A stretch of DNA of 64,000 bases, taken from Prevotellaceae bacterium UBA4332 (GTDB lineage: Bacteria > Bacteroidota > Bacteroidia > Bacteroidales > Bacteroidaceae). The notes beneath the pieces are model-generated. The model was not told where the DNA came from, did no database searches, and saw only the letters and a program-made list of their open reading frames with translations. Shown one piece after another: positions 57,080 through 64,000 of the stretch; the stretch's first letter is position 1, and each line of letters opens with the position of its first letter. Location of the stretch: the NCBI GenBank assembly GCA_002394365.1, contig DGTQ01000017.1, positions 188 to 64,187 of the forward strand. The letters are read 5' to 3'. A program made the translations under genes and the position numbers.

Positions 57080-57194
57080 CTTTTTGCATATTATTTTCTC
57101 TGTTTTGCACACAAAAGCGATTAAATGCATGTTTTTAAGCGTTTTGCAGAAATGACAATCCCTTGTTTTTGCATGCTCCTTAACAGATTTTATG

Positions 57195-57415
57195 ACCACG
57201 GATTACTCTCTAACGGATTATTTCCAAACCACGGATTACTCGGATAGACACAGATAATTAGGAGATTTTGGAAAAGATTTTTAACGGATTTTTGAGGAAT
57301 GAAATGACGAAATGAAGAAACGTCGTCCCCTTATTTGTGGACAAGATTTTTTGAAGGATTTTAGACAGGATTTTAACCACGGATTATGCGGATTTGCACG
57401 GATAATTTTAGACTG
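57195..57415 (+). repeat. Degenerate CACGGATTA 9-mer clusters upstream of the giant gene
   Basis: CCACGGATTACTC, CCACGGATTACTCGGATAGACACAGATAA, CCACGGATTATGCGGATTTGCACGGATAA. Confidence 0.75.
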
Positions 57416-57597
57416 GATTTTTAACAGAGAAAATCTTATCTGAAAATCTTGAGAAAATCGGAAAGAAAATAAACAGAAGGCTCTGCTTGATTTCGCCTAC
57501 GGCTCAAAAATCTAAAGAAAATCTAAGAAAAAATCAATTAAACATTAAGGATTAAGGAGTGAGCACACGCAGCTAACGAAGATTAGAGCCAAGCCGA

Positions 57598-57815
57598 CCT
57601 TGGCTCCTTGCGTAGAGATGAAAGACTGCCGTCAGGCAGTGCAGGGATTGACTTTTGTGGGCACTGAGAACTGGTTCTCAAGTGAACATGAAAGGCAATA
57701 ACTGCTTACCTCGTAGAGGGCTTCATCTCGGCTTGGCGAGAAAACTTGAAACTCGGCTTGGCGAGAAAAACATAAAAAAACGGACTATCCGTGAAAATCC
57801 GAATAATCCGTGGTA
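57598..57815 (-). repeat. Family E, copy E4 (core 57615-57729)
   Basis: Near-identical to E3; local duplication of CTCGGCTTGGCGAGAAAA; 57786-57815 is the exact reverse complement of 36100-36129. Confidence 0.85.
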
Positions 57816-57845
57816 TAAGAGAAGGGGGAAGGTCAGGAGGGGGCT

Positions 57846-59315
57846 TTACAGCGTATGTGCTGATGAGCCATCAAAGCAGTGGGTGCAGACTTTGCACTTT
57901 GGAAGTCCGATGGCATCGATGATGGTCTCAAGTTTAGAGAATTTAAGCGAATCGAGATTCAAGCGCTTGGCTATCTCTGCCACCATAGCCTTGTACTCGG
58001 GAGAGTCGGTCTTGGCATACTGCTTCAATCGCTCCTCTGGTATGCTGGTGTTCTCTGTGGTGTCAGCCTCTGCGAGAGTGGTTACTTTGCCAGAACCGCC
58101 CTCGAGGTCCATGATGACACGACGGGCTATGAGTTCGAGGTCACTCTTTGAGGCAGAGAAATTGATGAAGGGACAACCCCAGATAAGAGGTGGACAAGCT
58201 ATACGCATGTGAGCCTCCTTAGCACCAAGTTCCTTGAGAATCTTGGTGTTTTCTCTCAGCTGTGTGCCACGCACGATGGAGTCGTCGCAGAAGAGGCAAC
58301 GCTTACCCTCGAGCATAGCCTTGTTGGGTATGAGCTTCATCTTTGCCACGAGGTTACGTGTCTCCTGGTTGGTAGGCATGAAGGAACGCGGCCAAGTAGG
58401 AGTGTATTTGGATATGCAACGCTGATAGGGCACCTTGTGGCCTGCTGCATAGCCTGTTGCCATACCCAAGCCAGAGTCAGGGATACCACCAGCATTATCT
58501 ACCTCAGTATCGTCTTCCTCACCCATCTTGAAACCTGTCTCATAGCGCATCTCCTCTACGTTCTTACCCTCATAGAAAGATGTGGGGAAGCCATAGTATA
58601 TCCACAGGAAAGAGCATACCTGCATATTTGGCTCGGCTGGACGCAGTGTCTCCATGCCGTCGGCAGAGAGTTTTACTATCTCGCCTGGTCCTACGTAGTG
58701 GGTTATCTCGTAGCCAAGATTAGGGAAGGCTGTAGATTCTGACGTAGCAGCCATAGCTCCGTCTTTCTTGCCTATGATGATAGGTGTGCGACCCCAGAAG
58801 TCACGTGCTGCTATGATATTGTCCTCTGTGAGGATGAGCATAGAGCAAGAGCCCTTGATGGTCTTATATACATTCTCTATGCCCTCAACGAAATTCTTGC
58901 CCTTGATGATGAGCAAGCCTACAAGTTCGGTAGGATTTATCCTGCCTGAGGAAAACTCGCTCAAGACCATGTTCTCGCTGAGGAGCTTTGCCGAAACCTC
59001 CTCGGCATTGTTTATCTTGCCCACAGTGACGAGGGCAAACCTGCCGAGGTGGGAGTTCATGAGCAGGGGTTGAGCGTCTGTATCGCTTATGACGCCTATG
59101 CCTTTTTCGCCAAAGAAGCGAGGCAGCTCGTCCTCAAACTTTGTACGGAAGTACGTGCTCTGCAGGTTGTGGATAGAACGTCGGAAACCCTGTGTTTCCT
59201 TGCTGAATGTTGCCATACCGCCTCGTTTTGTTCCGAGGTGTGATTGATAGTCGATGCCATAGAATAATTCTTCTACGCAACGCTTTTTCTGTATTGTACC
59301 GAAGAAACCGCCCAT
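57846..59315 (-). CDS. purF: Amidophosphoribosyltransferase (Bacteroidales type, Gly in place of Cys1)
   Basis: ARDFWGRTP, CSFLWIYYGFP, DDSIVRGTQL PRPP loop, RIACPP...CPF, CTHCFDG. Confidence 0.93.
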   Translation of the reverse strand: MGGFFGTIQKKRCVEELFYGIDYQSHLGTKRGGMATFSKETQGFRRSIHNLQSTYFRTKFEDELPRFFGEKGIGVISDTDAQPLLMNSHLGRFALVTVGKINNAEEVSAKLLSENMVLSEFSSGRINPTELVGLLIIKGKNFVEGIENVYKTIKGSCSMLILTEDNIIAARDFWGRTPIIIGKKDGAMAATSESTAFPNLGYEITHYVGPGEIVKLSADGMETLRPAEPNMQVCSFLWIYYGFPTSFYEGKNVEEMRYETGFKMGEEDDTEVDNAGGIPDSGLGMATGYAAGHKVPYQRCISKYTPTWPRSFMPTNQETRNLVAKMKLIPNKAMLEGKRCLFCDDSIVRGTQLRENTKILKELGAKEAHMRIACPPLIWGCPFINFSASKSDLELIARRVIMDLEGGSGKVTTLAEADTTENTSIPEERLKQYAKTDSPEYKAMVAEIAKRLNLDSLKFSKLETIIDAIGLPKCKVCTHCFDGSSAHTL

Positions 59316-59384
59316 CGTTTTTTCTACGAAAAAAAGTTATAACTTGTAACTGGTAACTTAAAATCACCTATGGTTTGCCAAAAG

Positions 59385-60251
59385 CTAACCATAGATGATT
59401 TTACCAGTCTTCTCATCTGTATTTTCAGGAATGAATGATTTGTTATACTGCGTCATGCCACGAAGAGACATACCCATGTTGGAGAAGCCACCATCGTGGA
59501 AGAGAGTCTGCATAGTCACCTTCTTGGTGAGGTCAGAGAAGAGCGTCATGCAATAGTCGGCACAGTCATCAGCGCTGGCATTGCCAAGAGGCGACATACG
59601 GTCGGCAAAGTCGAGCATGCCGTCGAAGCCTTTTATTCCACCTCCAGCAGTGGTGAGTGTTGGCGACTGAGAGATACAGTTGACGCGCACGTTCTTCTCT
59701 CTACCATATATATAACCAAAGCTGCGGGTGATGGATTCGAGGAGCGCCTTGGCATCTGCCATATCGTTATAGCCGAAGAAGGTACGATGACTTGCCACAT
59801 ATGTGAGGGCTACGATGGAGCCGTACTCATTGATGGCGTCGAGTTTCTTTGCTACCTGTATCATCTTGTGGAAAGAGATAGCCGAGATGTCGAGCGTCTT
59901 GTCAAGGAAGCCATAGTCGAGGTCGTCATAGGTGCGCTTCTTACGCATGTTGACTGACATAGCGCAGGAGTGGAGCACGAAGTCTATCTTGCCTCCCAGT
60001 GCCTCCATAGCACCCTTGAAGAGGTTTTCGAGGTCTTCCACACTCGTTGCATCAGCTGGGATTACTGCCTTGGCATTGGTTTTCTTTGCCAGTTCGTCGA
60101 GAGTACCCATGCGGATAGCCACCGCTGTATTGGTAAGAACAATCTCTGCACCCTCCTCTACGGCACGCTCAGCCACCTTCCACGCAATAGACTGGTCGTT
60201 GAGAGCACCAAAGATAATACCTTTCTTTCCTTTCAATAAGTTGTAAGCCAT
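59385..60251 (-). CDS. fabI: Enoyl-ACP reductase (NADH)
   Basis: KKGIIFGALNDQSIAW, IDFVLH, YNDMADAKALLES, RVNCISQSPT, TMQTLFHDGGFS; start at MAYNLL. Confidence 0.93.
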   Translation of the reverse strand: MAYNLLKGKKGIIFGALNDQSIAWKVAERAVEEGAEIVLTNTAVAIRMGTLDELAKKTNAKAVIPADATSVEDLENLFKGAMEALGGKIDFVLHSCAMSVNMRKKRTYDDLDYGFLDKTLDISAISFHKMIQVAKKLDAINEYGSIVALTYVASHRTFFGYNDMADAKALLESITRSFGYIYGREKNVRVNCISQSPTLTTAGGGIKGFDGMLDFADRMSPLGNASADDCADYCMTLFSDLTKKVTMQTLFHDGGFSNMGMSLRGMTQYNKSFIPENTDEKTGKIIYG

Positions 60252-60448
60252 TTTTCGAATTGAAAATTGTAAATTATGAATGATAATTGAACTTTGTCGT
60301 GCAAAAGTACAAAAAAAAATGAAGACCTGCAAGCGATGAGCATAAATATGCGAATAATAAAGAATGAAGAATAAAGAATTTTGAGCATATAATAAATAAT
60401 TGTAGAAAACTATGAACTATTTTTTGTACCTTTGCAGGGCATAAAACA

Positions 60449-61003
60449 ATGGTACGCTACAAAATAATACACCCCGACGACTTCTCTGACGAACAGACAG
60501 AGACGATAATCGCCACCCTGCCTGAATGGAGACGCGAAGAGACTATGCGCTACAAACACAAGCAGGGCAGAAAGGAGTGTGCCCTCTCCTACTGGCTCCT
60601 CTCGCAGATGCTGGGCTATCAGCCAGACTTTGTAAAGGGAGAGCATGGAAAACCGATGGGGGGCTTTAACCTCTCCCATTGCAAGCAAGCTGTGGCATGC
60701 GTGGTGAGCGACGAAGGAGAGGTGGGTATCGATGCAGAGTGCCTGGGCAGATATAAGCCTGCATTAGCCGAATACTGCATGAATGACGAGGAGCTGAAGC
60801 AGATAGCCGAAGCCAGCGACCCTGACGCAGAGTTCACCCTGCTTTGGACAAAGAAGGAAGCCCTGCTGAAACTGACTGGCGAGGGCATCACTGACGACCT
60901 GAAAAACTGCCTCACCTCTCCACGTGCAGAGGGGGTAACTCTCGAAAGTGGCATCGACAAAGAGCACGGCTATGCCTGGACTGTGGCGGTTTATAGTTTC
61001 TAG
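60449..61003 (+). CDS. 4'-phosphopantetheinyl transferase, Sfp type
   Basis: GEHGKP, FNLSHC, VGIDAE, LWTKKEALLKLTGEG. Confidence 0.9.
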   Translation: MVRYKIIHPDDFSDEQTETIIATLPEWRREETMRYKHKQGRKECALSYWLLSQMLGYQPDFVKGEHGKPMGGFNLSHCKQAVACVVSDEGEVGIDAECLGRYKPALAEYCMNDEELKQIAEASDPDAEFTLLWTKKEALLKLTGEGITDDLKNCLTSPRAEGVTLESGIDKEHGYAWTVAVYSF

Positions 61004-61067
61004 GAGAGACTAGGAGGTTCTAGGGGCTCCTAGGAATACCTATAATTTTCAATCTTATATTTCTAAA

Positions 61068-61583
61068 ATGGCAATAATAAAAAAGATTTACGGAAAGACC
61101 CCAAAATGGGGCAAAGACTGTTACTTCAGCGAGACAGCCGCAATAGTTGGCGAAGTAACGATGGGCGATGAGTGTTCTGTATGGTTCAGCGCCGTAGTGA
61201 GAGGCGATGTAGCTCCTATCACTATGGGCAATCGCTGCAATGTGCAAGACGGAGCTTGCGTACATGTGACCAACACGACAGGTCCTACCCTGATGGAGGA
61301 CGACGTGACGATAGGCCACAACGCAACCGTTCATGCCTGCACCCTGAAAAAAGGTTGTCTGATAGGCATGGGAGCCACAGTTCTCGACAATGCCATCATA
61401 GGCGAGGGAGCCATCATAGCTGCTGGAGCATTAGTGCTTGGTGGAACAAAAGTTGGCGACCATGAGATATGGGGCGGAGTGCCTGCAAAATTTATCAAGA
61501 AAACAGCGCCAAACCAGGCAGAGAGCTATGCTGCCCACTATGCGCAGTATGCTAAAGACTACCTTAACGAGGAAAAGGAATAA
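61068..61583 (+). CDS. Gamma-carbonic-anhydrase-like (YrdA/hexapeptide repeat) protein
   Basis: SVWFSAVVRGD, NVQDGACVH, TIGHNATVHAC, IGMGATVL, WGGVPAKFI. Confidence 0.92.
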   Translation: MAIIKKIYGKTPKWGKDCYFSETAAIVGEVTMGDECSVWFSAVVRGDVAPITMGNRCNVQDGACVHVTNTTGPTLMEDDVTIGHNATVHACTLKKGCLIGMGATVLDNAIIGEGAIIAAGALVLGGTKVGDHEIWGGVPAKFIKKTAPNQAESYAAHYAQYAKDYLNEEKE

Positions 61584-61690
61584 CGGCAAGTTACCATGCT
61601 TCTGCCTGTCTATCCTATGCTTTGCCGTATCCTTGCTTAGCGCCTTTATTTACATTCACATAAACCACAACCTCAAAGAATACAAACAAT

Positions 61691-63112
61691 ATGAACAAGA
61701 CATTGCTGCATCTTACATACATCATCACATTGCTGTGCTATAGCACTCTGCTCCATGCTCAAGCGTCTGAATACTCAGCCAAACTGCCTGTCATACATAT
61801 CAATGGCGACTTTGGCTATGAATACCAGACAGGAACTTTCAGCATAGAATATACTGACGGCACTAAAGAAAATAACCTCAGCGCAAGCATAAAATGGAGG
61901 GGTGGCACCACAAACACTGACGACAAACATAAAAGGAACTACACGATAAAGTTTACGGAAGACCACGGCTTTATGGGCATGAGGTCTGACAACAAGTGGA
62001 TTCTGGATGCAGGACAAGCAGACGTTTTCAGGCTACGCAACAGAATAGCAACCGAACTCTGGGGCGATTTTGCGGCAAAGCCATACTATTCTGCATCTGA
62101 GCCCAAGGCTAAGTCGTATGTCAGCGGCAATGTGGTTGAGGTCTATGTAAATGATGAATACATGGGTGTGTATTGCCTTACCGAATGTCTGGACAGAAAG
62201 CAGATGAAACTGAAGAAATTCAGCGCAGGCAATACCATACACGGCGTGTTATGGAAGTCTTCTGGGTACGGATGCTCCACAATGACCTATGCACCAGCCA
62301 GCTATGACAATACACAGCCCACGATGGATGTCTTTGAGGCAAAATACCCAGAATTGGATGACCTTCCCGAAACCGACTACAGCGTATTGTGGAACGCAAT
62401 AAATTTCGTTGCCAACAGCAGTAACAGCGATTTCAGTAATCATGTAGAGGAATATTTTGACGTTCCTGTGCTGGCAGACTACTACATATTCGTTCAGGTG
62501 CTCAACGCGCTCGACAATTGCGGCAAAAACATGTACTGGGCAGTGTATGACAAAATGGCTGACAAGAAAATAACACCTGCCATCTGGGACTTGGACCAAA
62601 CGGTTGGCTCACACTCGCTTGCGCAATACAACCCCAACTTCACTTCGCCAGAATACAAAACCGGAAACATCATAGAAGTGATTGGAAGACTGAAGGTACT
62701 GAACGTCAACTCGTTCAACCAGAAAGTTAATGACAGATATGCTGAACTGCGTAAAACACACCTGTCACCAGAAAGTCTAATAGCACGCTATGACCATTAC
62801 TATAATTTACTGAAGGAAACGGGTGCAGCAGAAAGAGAAACGGAACGATGGAGCGGGGATTCTGACATTAACGGACTCGAAATTAACTTCGATGACGAAA
62901 TAACATACATACGCAACTGGATTACTGAAAGAATAAAATACCTCGACGAAAAAGTCTTCAACTACAAAGAACCCACTGCCATCAGCAACATCACAGATAC
63001 AACCGAGACAAGAGATTCACGCAGCGTTTATGACATTACCGGAAAGTGCCCCACCCCAAGGAGTAACGATATATTGATACATAACGGTATGAAGACTATC
63101 CGCATCAGGTGA
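61691..63112 (+). CDS. CotH-kinase-family secreted protein with T9SS-type tail
   Basis: WRGGTT...HKRNY.IKF, KWILDA, VYVNDEYMGVYCLTE, DNCGKNMYW, WDLDQT; TAISNI...VYDITGK...LIHNGMKTIR tail. Confidence 0.85.
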   Translation: MNKTLLHLTYIITLLCYSTLLHAQASEYSAKLPVIHINGDFGYEYQTGTFSIEYTDGTKENNLSASIKWRGGTTNTDDKHKRNYTIKFTEDHGFMGMRSDNKWILDAGQADVFRLRNRIATELWGDFAAKPYYSASEPKAKSYVSGNVVEVYVNDEYMGVYCLTECLDRKQMKLKKFSAGNTIHGVLWKSSGYGCSTMTYAPASYDNTQPTMDVFEAKYPELDDLPETDYSVLWNAINFVANSSNSDFSNHVEEYFDVPVLADYYIFVQVLNALDNCGKNMYWAVYDKMADKKITPAIWDLDQTVGSHSLAQYNPNFTSPEYKTGNIIEVIGRLKVLNVNSFNQKVNDRYAELRKTHLSPESLIARYDHYYNLLKETGAAERETERWSGDSDINGLEINFDDEITYIRNWITERIKYLDEKVFNYKEPTAISNITDTTETRDSRSVYDITGKCPTPRSNDILIHNGMKTIRIR

Positions 63113-63122
63113 GAGGGTCTCT

Positions 63123-64000
63123 TTATTCTGGGTCAACATCATAATAGATGAGGAGGGACTTATAGCGAGGGTCCTGCATAAGCGCTGATACTGACTGACG
63201 GATATGGGTGCGAGTGCTGGCAATGCTGAGGGTGGTCTCGAGTTTGAGGACTATCTTTCGTATATAGAGTGTCTTGACTCGGGCTATGGCAGGTTTGTCT
63301 GGCCCCAGGACACGCTCGGCAAAGGACTGGCGCAGACGGCTGCCGAGTTCGATAGCCGCTGTGTTGACAATATTCTCGTCCTTGTGCTTGAGGTAAATAT
63401 AGATAAGGCGAGTGAACGGTGGATAGCGAAAGGCTTTGCGCTCCCTCATAAGCGACTGAAAGAAAGCCTTATAGTCTCCTGAGACGATATGACGTATAAC
63501 TGGCAGTTCTGGTCTGTTGGTCTGGAGAAACACCTGCCCTCTCCTACCCTTTCTGCCTGCTCTGCCTGCTACCTGAGTCATCATGGAGAAGGCTCGCTCA
63601 TGGGCTCGGAAATCGGGTTGGTTGAGCATAGTATCGGCAGAGAGTATTCCTACAACAGAGACATTGTCGAAGTCCAAGCCCTTGGTAACCATCTGCGTGC
63701 CTATGAGCAGATTTGTCTTGCCTGCCGAGAACTCGGCTATTATGCGTTCGTAGGCATTGCGAGTGCGAGTGGTGTCGAGATCCATACGAGCTATGCGAGC
63801 CTCTGGAAAGGTAAGGCGGAAATAGTCCTCCACCTTCTCTGTACCTGCACCACGGTCTCGAAGGTCGGTATTGCCACAATCAGGACAGGAGGCGGGCATC
63901 TTCATGGTGTAGCCACAATAATGGCAGGAGAGGCTGTCGGTGGTCTTGTGGTAGGTAAGGGAAACATCACAATGGGGACACTGCGGACTCCAGCCACACT
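63123..64000 (-). CDS. priA: Primosomal protein N' (3' part; gene runs off the window end)
   Basis: CPHCDVSLTYH...CHYCGY...CPDCG zinc fingers; GAGTEKVE, RMDLDTT, IGTQMVTKGLDF, QVAGRAGR, YPPF. Confidence 0.95.
   Translation of the reverse strand, partial: CGWSPQCPHCDVSLTYHKTTDSLSCHYCGYTMKMPASCPDCGNTDLRDRGAGTEKVEDYFRLTFPEARIARMDLDTTRTRNAYERIIAEFSAGKTNLLIGTQMVTKGLDFDNVSVVGILSADTMLNQPDFRAHERAFSMMTQVAGRAGRKGRRGQVFLQTNRPELPVIRHIVSGDYKAFFQSLMRERKAFRYPPFTRLIYIYLKHKDENIVNTAAIELGSRLRQSFAERVLGPDKPAIARVKTLYIRKIVLKLETTLSIASTRTHIRQSVSALMQDPRYKSLLIYYDVDPE

Noticed and set aside
36100-57815. Composite transposon or integron carrying the giant genes
   Set aside because: No transposase or integrase ORF, no target-site duplication seen, and the genes have their own promoter and terminator. 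Kept only as a recombination-substrate hypothesis.
57655-58212. 185-aa + strand ORF overlapping E4 and purF; also short ORFs over repeats at 22548-22850, 36717-37147 and 2122-2386
   Set aside because: They are translations of repeat DNA or purF antisense with no coding signature.
60449-61003. NRPS/PKS cluster implied by the Sfp-type PPTase
   Set aside because: No carrier-protein or synthase genes nearby. Divergent placement from fabI fits fatty-acid ACP activation.

Overview
64 kb of a Bacteroidales chromosome, most likely a gut or rumen Prevotella-like organism. This rests on TTTG-N19-21-TAnnTTTG promoters, T9SS-type C-terminal tails, GS-III and Bacteroidales-type PurF. Housekeeping genes (hom, metY, glnA/GS-III, nucleoside kinase, pyrH, biotin ligase, fabK-like, lptB, purF, fabI, Sfp-type PPTase, gamma-CA, partial priA) are interrupted by two accessory blocks. 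Block 1 (6.4-22.1 kb) holds four secreted PL1 pectate lyases, three of them large and multimodular, with domain shuffling and gene-conversion tracts and no SusC/SusD. Block 2 (37.3-57.0 kb) is a pair of giant glycine-repeat beta-solenoid proteins (3740 and 2808 aa). Intergenic DNA is packed with repeat families. The strongest new observations are: (a) five copies of a ~116-bp symmetric structured element whose flanks, length and fold are conserved while the interior sequence differs, with compensatory stem changes; (b) a promoter-to-terminator ~330-nt ORF-free unit (candidate sRNA) whose repeated motif is complementary, with only G:U wobbles, to the 5' leader of a pectate lyase gene; (c) palindromic repeats inserted in-frame in proteins; (d) a missed 50-aa ORF with a RiPP-leader-like motif. 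No tRNA, rRNA, CRISPR array, integrase or transposase was seen. All family calls come from motif recognition by eye, not from database searches.
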